From assembly GCA_016124675.1 (NCBI GenBank), contig WGNG01000010.1, positions 12,634 to 76,633 of the forward strand: a stretch of 64,000 nucleotides of DNA, read 5' to 3'. Shown one piece after another: positions 1 through 8,014 of the stretch. The stretch's first letter is position 1; every line of letters begins with the position of its first letter. The notes under the pieces are model-generated. The model was not told the origin of the DNA, did no database searches, and saw only the letters and a program-made list of their open reading frames with translations. The translations under genes and the position numbers were made by a program. This stretch comes from Alphaproteobacteria bacterium. GTDB lineage: Bacteria > Pseudomonadota > Alphaproteobacteria > Caulobacterales > Maricaulaceae.

Positions 1-270
1 CGCGGCCATCAGAAACTCGCTGTAAGCGATGGCGCAAAGCCAGGCCCTGAAGCTGCCCTCGGCGCGGAAGGACCCGATGCGCGTCCAGGCCTTGAGGAAG
101 GTTTCCTGCGCCAGATCGTCCGCCAGCGCGCTCTGGCGCGTCAGGCGGATCAGCAAGGCGCGCACCGCCTGCTGGTGGCGGGCGACCAGCGCCCCGAAGG
201 CGCGCCGGTCGCCGGCGGCCATGACGGCCGCCGCCAGGTCAGCATCCGGCGCGTTGAGCGGGACCGCCAT
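1..270 (-). CDS. ECF-type sigma-70 family RNA polymerase sigma factor, N-terminal 90 codons only (gene continues past the left window edge)
   Basis: Own translation of the reverse strand from ATG at 268-270: MAVPLNAPDADLAAAVMAAGDRRAFGALVARHQQAVRALLIRLTRQSALADDLAQETFLKAWTRIGSFRAEGSFRAWLCAIAYSEFLMAA. DLAQETFLKAW...FRAW is the region-2 signature of ECF sigma factors. Not in the ORF track because it has no stop in the window. Confidence 0.75.
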   Translation of the reverse strand, partial: MAVPLNAPDADLAAAVMAAGDRRAFGALVARHQQAVRALLIRLTRQSALADDLAQETFLKAWTRIGSFRAEGSFRAWLCAIAYSEFLMAA

Positions 271-280
271 GGATGCCGCC

Positions 281-685
281 TTACTGATCGGCGCCGGTGG
301 CTTTTTTCCTGCCGATGCGCGCCAGGCCAAACCCGGTGAGCACCAGGCCGATGAAGCCTGGAAACGCGGCCACGCCCGTCAGGATGTAAAGCGGTTCCGG
401 ATCGCCGGCGTCCATCGGGACGGTATTGGTGATCACCCAGCCCAGCACGACCAGCGCGAGCGCGACGGCGATGAGGATCAGCCCCGTTTTGAGGTCGCCA
501 TTGCCTTCCTTCTTTGCGGGCACGCCCAGCGCCTTGATGGTTTCGGGATCCAGCGTCTGGCCATTGCGGATGGCCTCGCGCATGGTTTCGAGCACTTCGC
601 GGCGGTCGCGCGAGGAGAAGAAATAGACCGTCGCCACAATGAGGACGACCATGATGAACGGGGCTAGCGGGATAAGCTCTTGCAT
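281..685 (-). CDS. small integral membrane protein, co-oriented with and 10 nt upstream of the ECF sigma gene (possible sigma-associated partner)
   Basis: 134-aa ORF with three hydrophobic segments (LIPLAPFIMVVLIVATVYFF, GLILIAVALALVVLGWVI, LYILTGVAAFPGFIGLVLTGFGL). Tight spacing to the sigma start. Confidence 0.6.
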   Translation of the reverse strand: MQELIPLAPFIMVVLIVATVYFFSSRDRREVLETMREAIRNGQTLDPETIKALGVPAKKEGNGDLKTGLILIAVALALVVLGWVITNTVPMDAGDPEPLYILTGVAAFPGFIGLVLTGFGLARIGRKKATGADQ

Positions 686-732
686 GGGTCTGCTCCTGGC
701 CGGGCCGCCCCCGATGGGCGGCTCGTCAACAG

Positions 733-1317
733 CTAGATGCCCGGAGCGCCCGGTTCGGATGCAAACTCGAACACCGCGACACCAAACAGCTGCATGTGAA
801 AGTAGGCGAATAGCGCCGCGAGCGCGGCGCCGGTGACCAGCGCGCCGATATCCGCACTCCAGCGGCCCGGCCGGTCAAACGCCCCGCCGCGGGCGTAGAC
901 GTCGATCAGAATGACAGCCGACCAGGCGAAAAAGCTCCCGAACAGCACCATCGACGCCAGCGAGCCATTGGCCATCAGATGGGCGCCCGCCCACAGGAAT
1001 ACGGCCAGCGTCATGGGGTGGCGCGTGAAAGAGCGGATGTGGCTGGGCAGATAGGCCGCCACCAGCAGCACCAGGCTCGCCGGCACGGCGAACAGCGCCA
1101 GCGTGCGCGTCCATTCCGGCGGCGTCCAGATGACCGGCGAGGGATGGGCGAGGATGTGGCCGTAAATGATGAGCGCGACGCCAACGGCGCTGATCACCGA
1201 ATAGAAGACGGCATAGAGCGGCTCGCTGAGCACGCGCACCAGCGGCCCGCGCAGGCCGACGACACGGGTGAGATGCACGCCCAGCAGCAGGACCAGACCG
1301 ATGACCAAGACGTCCAT
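733..1317 (-). CDS. NnrU family membrane protein
   Basis: ORF 733..1449. The internal ATG at 1317 (MDVLVIGLVLLLGVHL...) gives a polytopic membrane protein with NnrU-like segments (HPMTLAVFLWAGAHLMANG). The upstream 44 codons are Arg/Ala-rich and unlikely to be coding. Confidence 0.7.
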   Translation of the reverse strand: MDVLVIGLVLLLGVHLTRVVGLRGPLVRVLSEPLYAVFYSVISAVGVALIIYGHILAHPSPVIWTPPEWTRTLALFAVPASLVLLVAAYLPSHIRSFTRHPMTLAVFLWAGAHLMANGSLASMVLFGSFFAWSAVILIDVYARGGAFDRPGRWSADIGALVTGAALAALFAYFHMQLFGVAVFEFASEPGAPGI

Positions 1318-1444
1318 GATGTTCCTCCCCGCCTGCCCAAGCATCCGGCGCTGACGACGATAGCCTGAGTCCGCGAACAAGGGCGAGCCTGCGCGCAGCG
1401 CGCCGCTCCGGGCACAGGCCTGATCCGCCGGGATTGACTCCCTG

Positions 1445-1473
1445 TTCAATATTTTTTACTAGATGAATATAAT
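1445..1473 (+). promoter_or_regulatory. sigma-70-like promoter candidate (TTCAAT-N17-TATAAT) in an A/T-rich divergent gap
   Basis: TTCAAT at 1445-1450, 17-nt spacer, TATAAT at 1468-1473, about 30 nt before the GAGGG RBS and ATG at 1504. This is the only strongly A/T-rich stretch in this gap. Confidence 0.35.
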
Positions 1474-1503
1474 TTTTAACATCAGACGCAATGAGGGCAT
1501 CCC

Positions 1504-1932
1504 ATGAGCGAACGTGAGCAGTTTTCCTGGGTGTGGCTGGGGGCCCTGATCGTCTTCTACGGGGCTTATTTTGTGGTGATTACGGTCCTCGAAGCCGCTG
1601 GAGAGATTGGCCTGGTCACACGCCTTGGTCTGCTGACGGCAGCCGCGGCGGCGTCCGGGCTCGTTCTGGCGATCAGCGCCCTGGTGGCGCTCAGCCGCCG
1701 CGAACCCGGCGAACGGGTCACCCCTGACGAACGGGACCGGGCCATCCAGAGACAGGCCCGCTCGCTAGCCTACGGGGTCCTGCTGGTGGGCATGATCTTT
1801 GTGGGATGTGTGATGCCCTTCGAGGCGACGCCCTGGGAGATTGCAAACGCCACCATATTCGTGATCGTCTTTGCCGAGACCGTCAGCTGTGGCGCAGTCA
1901 TCGCCGCCTACCGCAGAAGCTGGCGTGGCTGA
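1504..1932 (+). CDS. membrane protein (DUF2178-like, 4 TM) paired with a small XRE regulator
   Basis: 142-aa ORF with GAGGG RBS. Hydrophobic segments flank a cytoplasmic ...[13 protein letters not shown]... loop, typical of the membrane partner of YozG-type HTH genes. Its stop overlaps the next start. Confidence 0.6.
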   Translation: MSEREQFSWVWLGALIVFYGAYFVVITVLEAAGEIGLVTRLGLLTAAAAASGLVLAISALVALSRREPGERVTPDERDRAIQRQARSLAYGVLLVGMIFVGCVMPFEATPWEIANATIFVIVFAETVSCGAVIAAYRRSWRG

Positions 1933-2137
1933 GCCCAGGCTGACCAACACGATCCGCACCCTGCGCTTTCTCGCCGGCGAGATGACGCAGGCTGAACTGG
2001 GCCGCCGGGTCGGTCTCACCCGCCAGACCATCGCCGCCATCGAGGCGGGCAAATACTCGCCCACCCTGGAGACCGCCTACCGCATCGCCGACGTTTTCGA
2101 AAAGCGCCTTGAGGACGTGTTTGCCTGGGAGACATAG
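1925..2137 (+). CDS. XRE/Cro-family helix-turn-helix transcriptional regulator (about 70 aa)
   Basis: [47 protein letters not shown] is a canonical HTH_3 core. The in-frame GTG at 1925 overlaps the upstream stop (GTGGCTGA), which suggests coupling. Confidence 0.8.
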   Translation: MAEPRLTNTIRTLRFLAGEMTQAELGRRVGLTRQTIAAIEAGKYSPTLETAYRIADVFEKRLEDVFAWET

Positions 2138-2168
2138 CAAGCGCGCAGCGCACACCCTGCCCCGAGCA

Positions 2169-2258
2169 AGGCTGCGGCTCCTCTGACGGCGCCCTCGGAA
2201 GCCCTGCCTTCAGGCCCGCCTTGCGGTCGTCCGACTGCATCAGCCGCGCCTTCAGCCG
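2169..2258 (-). pseudogene. slyX-like 3' fragment (remnant copy)
   Basis: The reverse-strand frame reads RLKARLMQSDDRKAGLKAGLPRAPSEEPQP. Intact SlyX (3127..3327) reads RLRARLMQSDDRIAELEAGLAPASGEKPPHY. Nucleotide similarity is visible (gcggtcgtccgactgcatcag vs gcggtcatcggactgcatcag). There is no credible start or N-terminal half. Confidence 0.35.
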
Positions 2259-2356
2259 CCCGGTGTGCTTGTGCCCAAAGCCCAGCGCCCCGGTCGGATC
2301 ATTCCATCAGCGGCTCATGCGGGTGATATGGCTTACCGTGCGTCAGCAGTCGTCAG

Positions 2357-3052
2357 TCATTGCAGGCACGCACGCGGCTGCGTGCCGGTCCAGCAACCAT
2401 TCCGATCGACGCCGTAACGCATGCCTGACGGCACATGGAACGTCTGAAGATCGGCGCCCTCAAGCTTGTATTGACGCCAGTAGACCGCCACCGAATCGCG
2501 CGCATAGCCCGCGCCGAGCAGCTCGAAACTCGCCCGGTCCTCGACCGGGACCCTGAAACTGCCGGCGAAAACGCACTGGTCATCGACCCCGAAAGAGTCG
2601 ATTCCCTCGCCGATGACCCTGAAGGTGGGATGATCGCACACCTCGATCCTCAACCGGCCGGAATAGGCATTATACGCATCGATCGCATAAGGATTGCCGA
2701 GCAGACGGAAGCTCTCCGGGTCGGCCCCGTCAACCGGTTCGCCGTGGAGCCAGACCGTTTCGCGGTCCGCGGCGAGCGCGTTGCTGCGGGCCGAGAAGCT
2801 GACCTGGTCCACCGGCCCGATCGCACGTCCCCTGAAGTAGGCCTGGTGGCGGTCGGACGCCCAGTCCCTGAACCGCTCCTGGCGGAACGTCGCCGCATCA
2901 GCCTCGATCTGCCGCTCGACACGCTCCAGCGTGGGATGAGCCGAACTCCCGGGATAGGCCGCCCAGTATACGCGGCCTTCGCGCTCGATATACCCGGTCG
3001 GCCCGCATGCGGCGCAGAGCAGGAGCGGTAGAAACAACGCCAAGATGCGCAT
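2357..3052 (-). CDS. DKNYY-repeat family lipoprotein
   Basis: ORF 2357..3091. Start taken at MRILALFLPLLLCAACG (lipobox LLCAAC). Repeated D-x3-[VA]-[YW]-x-x-G-x-x-[IV/L]-x-G-A-D-x-x-[ST]-F modules (DRETVWLHGEPVDGADPESF, RDSVAVYWRQYKLEGADLQTF) match the DKNYY repeat pattern. Confidence 0.7.
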   Translation of the reverse strand: MRILALFLPLLLCAACGPTGYIEREGRVYWAAYPGSSAHPTLERVERQIEADAATFRQERFRDWASDRHQAYFRGRAIGPVDQVSFSARSNALAADRETVWLHGEPVDGADPESFRLLGNPYAIDAYNAYSGRLRIEVCDHPTFRVIGEGIDSFGVDDQCVFAGSFRVPVEDRASFELLGAGYARDSVAVYWRQYKLEGADLQTFHVPSGMRYGVDRNGCWTGTQPRACLQ

Positions 3053-3126
3053 TCGATGCCTCGCCAGAAAACCCGCCGGATACGCTGCCACCGCCAGCGC
3101 GCCGCGGCAAGCGGGTCGTGAGCGGC

Positions 3127-3327
3127 TCAGTAATGCGGCGGCTTCTCGCCCGACGCCGGCGCCAATCCCGCCTCCAGTTCGGCGATGCGGTCATCGGACT
3201 GCATCAGGCGGGCTCTCAGTCGCTCGATATCCTTCTGCTGCAGCGCCAGCGCCTCTGACAGATCATCAATCACCCGCTGCTGCTCGGCGATATGGGCTTC
3301 CAGCCGGTCGAGACGGTCGGTGGTCAT
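3127..3327 (-). CDS. slyX: SlyX family protein
   Basis: 66-aa coiled-coil ORF: MTTDRLDRLEAHIAEQQRVIDDLSEALALQQKDIERLRARL...EKPPHY, the typical SlyX sequence and length. Confidence 0.85.
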   Translation of the reverse strand: MTTDRLDRLEAHIAEQQRVIDDLSEALALQQKDIERLRARLMQSDDRIAELEAGLAPASGEKPPHY

Positions 3328-3428
3328 GGTTGGTCCATTCGTTCAGCAGGTCAGGGCGCGCACAGTGGGCAAGGCGGGAGCGGGAGGCAAGCGCCGGGGC
3401 CGCGCCGGCCCGTCATAAGCTGCGCCCG

Positions 3429-4634
3429 TCAGGCGCGAGGCAGGCGCAAATCGACCTGCAGACCGCGCGATTCAAGGCCCGGGGTTTGAAAGGTCAAGGT
3501 ACCGCCATGGCTCGCGACGGCCTGCTGGACCAGGCTGAGCCCGATCCCCGCCCCGCCTGGCTTGGTTGAGAAGAACGGCTTGAGCAAAGTCTCCGGCGCC
3601 AGGCCGTCGAGCCCGATCCCATTGTCCGCCACCGTGATGACGACCGCGTCCGGCCCGCAAGCCTGGGCAGTCAGGCTCACACGGGCCGGCATGTGCGGGA
3701 CGGGCGAGTCGATCGCCGCCTCGGCGGCGTTGGCGAGCAGGTTCAACAACACCTGGCTCATCAGGTCCGCATCAATCCGAACCTCGATATCCGGCGCAGG
3801 CCCGGTCTCCAGCGTAACCGCCCGTCCGTCCCAGCGCTCGCGAAACAAGCGCCCGGCGTCCTCCAGCACGAGACCGAGGGTGACAGGCCGCAGGTCCGGC
3901 TCGGGAAGGCGCGCCAGCTGGCGATAGCCGTCAACAAAGCGCAGCAGACCGCGCGCGCGCCGCTCCAGCGTCATCAGCGCGCGCGCTGCGTCCTGGTGCG
4001 CGCCATCGGCCAGCAGCGCCGCCGATGTCTGCGCCAGCGACGTCACGGGCGTCAGCGAGTTCATGATTTCATGGGAAAGCACGTCCAGGGTTTGCTTCAG
4101 GATCGCGGTTTCGCGCGCGTTCAGCTCGGCCTCGATATCCGCCAAGGAGAGCAGGCGGGCCAGGCCGTCCGGCCCGATGATTTCGGCGCTCGTCAGGGCG
4201 TAAGCGCGCGCTGCCCCCTCCCCCAGCCTGACAATGCGGGGCTCGCCGGCGCGCAGCCCCGCCAGTGCTTCGTGCAAGGCCTGCGGCGGCGGGGCGAGGC
4301 GCCCATCCGTGGCGAACAGCGTGCGCGCCGCGCGGTTAACCGCCACCAACCCGCCTTGAGTGGTTTCCATAAGCAGCGGCGCCGGCGCGTGATCGAGCAA
4401 ATGGGCAAGACGCCTGTCCTGCATCGGGTCAACGCCTTGCGCCGGACCTGGACGCATGGCGCCTGCGGGCGTGCGCAGGCGAGCGAGCGTGGGAGCCGCA
4501 GCGACAAACGCCAGCAGCGCTGCTGCCACAGCGCTCGCCCACAGGCCCCGCTCCCAGGCGGCCCAGAAGCCCGCCCCGAAACCGAACGTCAGAGCGAAGC
4601 CCAGCCCCGCCAGAACAAATCGCCTAAAGCCCAT
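3429..4634 (-). CDS. sensor histidine kinase (NtrB/AtoS-like, two N-terminal TM segments)
   Basis: H-box LSHEIMNSLTPV, N-box LLNLLANAAEA, G-boxes DNGIGL and GGAGIGLSLV. Overlaps the stop of the regulator gene by 11 nt. Confidence 0.85.
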   Translation of the reverse strand: MGFRRFVLAGLGFALTFGFGAGFWAAWERGLWASAVAAALLAFVAAAPTLARLRTPAGAMRPGPAQGVDPMQDRRLAHLLDHAPAPLLMETTQGGLVAVNRAARTLFATDGRLAPPPQALHEALAGLRAGEPRIVRLGEGAARAYALTSAEIIGPDGLARLLSLADIEAELNARETAILKQTLDVLSHEIMNSLTPVTSLAQTSAALLADGAHQDAARALMTLERRARGLLRFVDGYRQLARLPEPDLRPVTLGLVLEDAGRLFRERWDGRAVTLETGPAPDIEVRIDADLMSQVLLNLLANAAEAAIDSPVPHMPARVSLTAQACGPDAVVITVADNGIGLDGLAPETLLKPFFSTKPGGAGIGLSLVQQAVASHGGTLTFQTPGLESRGLQVDLRLPRA

Positions 4635-5898
4635 GCTTGTCCATCCGCCGGTAAAGCGCGGCGCGGGTTATGCCCAGATCGCGCGCCGCATGACTCACAT
4701 TATGCCGGTGGCGCGCGAGGGCTGCCTCGATCAGCCGCTTCTCGGCGCGATCCAGATTGAGATCGCCGCCTTCGGGCGCACCTTTGGCGTGCTCAGCCGG
4801 GCCGCGATGGAAGTCCTGCGGCCGGTAATGATCGCCGTCGCAGACAAGGACAGCCTGCGCCGCGGCGGCGCGCAGTTCACGCACATTCCCCGGCCAGGGC
4901 TGCGCAGCCAGGAAGGCTTCGGCGCTGGCGCCTATCGGCCTTGCTGCGCCCCCCGTCTGACGTTCTTCAAGACGGACAAAGTGCTCTGCCAGAGGGATGA
5001 TATCGCCCCGCCGCGCGCGCAGGGGAGCAATCATGATCCGCGCTGCGCCCAGCGTGTGACGCAAATCCTCGCGCCACCCGTCCAGGCTGGCCGGCTCGGG
5101 AGCGCCGGCCAGCAAACGCACAGGCGGCGCCTCGCGCGCGAGCAGGTCCGCCAGCCGGTCCTGGACAGGCCGCGCCAGGTGCTCGGCAGCCTTGAGATAA
5201 AGCGTGCCGCCTGCAGCCCTGACCACGGCGCCGTCTGCCGGGCCGAACAGGCGCGAGTCCTGAGCCGGACCTGACAAGCCGGAGAGGTCAATCGAAACGA
5301 AGGCCTCGGCGCGCCGGACGGATGCGGCGTGAACGGCGCGCGCGGCGAGCATCTTGCCTGCTCCGGGCTCGCCGCACAGAAGGGCGGGCGCGTCTGTCTG
5401 CGCAAGGCGCTCAACCTGGGCCCGCAGCCGCCCTATCGCCGGTGACCGGCCCAGCAGGACGGGCAGCCCCGCAGCAGGCTTTGGCCCCGCCCGGCGCTGC
5501 CGGTGCAGCGCCACACTGTCAGTCACCACCGAGACCAGGCGGTCATTCTTCCAGGGTTTCATAATGAAGTCGTTCGCACCGGCGCGCATCGCCGCCACGG
5601 CGATGTTGACGCCGCTGTGGCCGGTGAGAACAGCCACCACCGCATCCGGATCCATGCTTAGTATACGGCCAAGGCAGGCCAGGCCTTCATCACCGCTGCG
5701 GGCGCCAGGACTGAAATTGAGATCCAGCAGGATTGCGTCCGGCGGGGCGCTGGCCATGACGCTCCATGCCTCATCGGGTCCTGGCGCCGTGGCGACGTCA
5801 AACCCGTGCCGGCGCAAGAGCAGCGCCCCGGCTTCCAGGACGTCCTGATCATCATCGATGAACAGGACGCGGGCGGCGGTCTGATCAGCAGGGTGCAT
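4624..5898 (-). CDS. NtrC-family response regulator (REC + degenerate AAA+ + Fis-type HTH)
   Basis: Receiver (VLFIDDDQDV...ILLDLNF...KPW), Walker A GEPGAGKMLAARAVH, WPGNVRELRAAA, C-terminal HTH NVSHAARDLGITRAALYRRMDKHGL. No GAFTGA loop, and the Walker B position reads GGTLYLKAAE instead of GGTLFLDEI. Confidence 0.85.
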   Translation of the reverse strand: MHPADQTAARVLFIDDDQDVLEAGALLLRRHGFDVATAPGPDEAWSVMASAPPDAILLDLNFSPGARSGDEGLACLGRILSMDPDAVVAVLTGHSGVNIAVAAMRAGANDFIMKPWKNDRLVSVVTDSVALHRQRRAGPKPAAGLPVLLGRSPAIGRLRAQVERLAQTDAPALLCGEPGAGKMLAARAVHAASVRRAEAFVSIDLSGLSGPAQDSRLFGPADGAVVRAAGGTLYLKAAEHLARPVQDRLADLLAREAPPVRLLAGAPEPASLDGWREDLRHTLGAARIMIAPLRARRGDIIPLAEHFVRLEERQTGGAARPIGASAEAFLAAQPWPGNVRELRAAAAQAVLVCDGDHYRPQDFHRGPAEHAKGAPEGGDLNLDRAEKRLIEAALARHRHNVSHAARDLGITRAALYRRMDKHGL

Positions 5899-5911
5899 CG
5901 GCGGCCTTCAA

Positions 5912-5929
5912 GTGTTCGAAATCGGACAC
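5912..5929. promoter_or_regulatory. imperfect palindrome GTGTTC-N6-GGACAC in the divergent regulator/exporter gap (candidate operator)
   Basis: gtgttcgaaatcggacac read directly; 5 of 6 arm positions are complementary. It lies between the regulator start (5898) and the HlyD start (6009). Confidence 0.2.
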
Positions 5930-6008
5930 ACTATAGCCGCGCTCAACTCAAACTACCAGATCGTGCAGTGATTTAGGGCGATGGCATCAGGCTGGGTAAA
6001 CTTCCGGT

Positions 6009-7307
6009 GTGATGATGAAGACCGTGTCCAGTCCGCGCGCCGGCCCGCCCGGCATGGATCGCCCGTTGCGCCGCCCCCGCTTCAGGGCAGGCCGTCTCCT
6101 TGTCGCCGCTGGCGCGGTGGCGGCTGTTGCAGCGCTGGCGGCGCTTGTCTGGCGCACATTGCCGGGCGGCGCAGATCTGGTGGTGCGCAGCGCCGACATC
6201 GTGTTCGCCGAGGTCGTGGAAGGCCCTTTTGAGGACGCCCTGCCGGCCCGAGGGGTCGTGGCGCCCCTGCGCACGGTTCAGGTCGCCTCTATCGAGGGCG
6301 GACAGGTTCAGGCCGTTCTGGTGGAGGACGGCGCCCGCGTGGAAGCCGGTCAGCCGCTGGCCGAGCTGTCGAACCCGCGCCTGCGCATGGAGGTCGTCGC
6401 AAGCGAGGCCCAGATCGCATCCCAGCTTGGCAATGCGCGCGCGCAGGCCCTGCAGATTGCGCGCAACCGTCTTGAGCGTGAGCGCGAGATCGGCGATGCC
6501 GGGTTCAATCTGCAGACGGCGCGGCGCGAGCTGGGCATACGCAGCCGCCTGCACGCCAGCGGGGTGGTCTCCGACGCCGGGCTGGCGGATGCGCAAAGCC
6601 AGGTGGATTACTTCCAGTCGCGCCTGGACATGCTCAATGAAGCCCGGCGCGCTGAAGACCGGCTCGCTTCAGCGCAGTCAGCCGAAATCGCCGAGTCCAT
6701 CGACCGGTTGCAAAGCAATCTTGACGGCGTGCGCGCCAGTCTCGATGCGCTGGTCATTCACGCTCCGGCGTCGGGGCGGCTGACGGCGTTCGACCTTGTG
6801 CCCGGTCAGCCGCTGACGGCGGGCGCGATTGTCGGGCAGGTGGACTCCGAGGACGCATTCAAGCTCGTCGCCGAGATCGACGAGTTCTATCTGGCGCGCA
6901 TCGAGCCTGGCCAATCGGCCCAGGTGCGCATTGGCGCAGACGACTGGCCGCTCGGCGTGGCCCGGGTGCTGCCCCAGGTGACCGCGGGCCGGTTCAGAGC
7001 CGAGCTTGTATTCGCCGGCGCGACGCCGCCCGGCCTGCGGCGTGGCCAGACGCTGGATGTCCGCCTGATGCTGGGGGACACACGTGAAGCGCTGTTTCTG
7101 CCAACCGGGCCGTGGCTCAGCTCTGCAGGCGGCACCCGCGCCTATGTTCTGGACGCGCAGGGGCGCACCGCAACGCTGCGCGACATCCGCACCGGCCGGC
7201 GCAGCCCTACTCACGTCGAAATTCTCGACGGCGTCGCGCCGGGCGAACGGGTGGTCACCTCGTCCTATGACCGTTTCAACGCCCGGCCCCGCCTGGTTTT
7301 GCGCTGA
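6009..7307 (+). CDS. HlyD-family periplasmic adaptor (membrane fusion) protein of a MacAB-type efflux system
   Basis: 432-aa ORF with an N-terminal TM anchor, then lipoyl/coiled-coil/beta-barrel type sequence (VEAGQPLAELSNPRL..., ...HAPASGRLTAFDLVPGQPL...). GTG at 6009, ATG at 6012. Confidence 0.85.
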   Translation: MMMKTVSSPRAGPPGMDRPLRRPRFRAGRLLVAAGAVAAVAALAALVWRTLPGGADLVVRSADIVFAEVVEGPFEDALPARGVVAPLRTVQVASIEGGQVQAVLVEDGARVEAGQPLAELSNPRLRMEVVASEAQIASQLGNARAQALQIARNRLEREREIGDAGFNLQTARRELGIRSRLHASGVVSDAGLADAQSQVDYFQSRLDMLNEARRAEDRLASAQSAEIAESIDRLQSNLDGVRASLDALVIHAPASGRLTAFDLVPGQPLTAGAIVGQVDSEDAFKLVAEIDEFYLARIEPGQSAQVRIGADDWPLGVARVLPQVTAGRFRAELVFAGATPPGLRRGQTLDVRLMLGDTREALFLPTGPWLSSAGGTRAYVLDAQGRTATLRDIRTGRRSPTHVEILDGVAPGERVVTSSYDRFNARPRLVLR

Positions 7308-7319
7308 AGGAGACACCCC

Positions 7320-8003
7320 ATGATCGCCTTGTCCGGCATTGAACGCCTGTATCGAACAGAAGAGGTGGAGACGGCAGCGCTGGGCCAGATCGCCCTGGAG
7401 ATCAGCCAGGGAGAGTTCGTGGCGGTCACCGGCCCGTCGGGCTGCGGGAAATCCACCTTGCTCAATGTGATCGGGATGATCGATCGCCCCACGGCCGGGC
7501 GCTACATGTTTTACGATCAAGACGTCTGCGCAGCCAGCGAGAGGACCTTGGCCGGACTGCGCGCGCGGCATCTCGGCTTCATTTTCCAGACCTTCAATCT
7601 GATCGACGAGCTGACGATCACGGAGAATGTCGAGCTGGGTCTGGTTTACCGGCGCACCCTGTCCGGGACCGAGCGGCGCATCCGTGTCGCCGAGGCGATG
7701 GACCGGGTCGGGATCGCGCATCGCGCCCGGCATTTCCCGCACCAGTTGTCAGGCGGCCAGCAGCAGCGCGCCGCCATCGCGCGGGCCATCGTTGGACATC
7801 CCGAGCTCATCCTGGCTGACGAACCGACCGGCAATCTCGACAGCCGCAATGGCTCACAGGTGATGGACATTCTTCAGGGCCTGAACGCGCAGGGCGCCAC
7901 CCTCGTGATGGTCACCCACTCGCCGGCTCATGCCGACATGGCCGGGCGGGTGGTGGAGATGCTGGACGGGCGCATCGTCGCCGATGTCCGGCGGCGCGCC
8001 TGA
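7320..8003 (+). CDS. ABC transporter ATP-binding protein (MacB/LolD type)
   Basis: Walker [13 protein letters not shown], signature [14 protein letters not shown], Walker [13 protein letters not shown]-loop VTHS. GGAGA RBS. Confidence 0.92.
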   Translation: MIALSGIERLYRTEEVETAALGQIALEISQGEFVAVTGPSGCGKSTLLNVIGMIDRPTAGRYMFYDQDVCAASERTLAGLRARHLGFIFQTFNLIDELTITENVELGLVYRRTLSGTERRIRVAEAMDRVGIAHRARHFPHQLSGGQQQRAAIARAIVGHPELILADEPTGNLDSRNGSQVMDILQGLNAQGATLVMVTHSPAHADMAGRVVEMLDGRIVADVRRRA

Positions 8004-8014
8004 GGGAGAACGCC

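Noticed and set aside
5982-5997. Sigma-54-like element TGGCAT-N5-TGGGT just upstream of the HlyD gene, next to an NtrC-family regulator
   Set aside because: The -12 element is TGGG rather than TTGC (the conserved GC is absent). It would place the transcription start on top of the start codon. The adjacent regulator lacks GAFTGA and Walker B, so sigma-54 dependence is unlikely.
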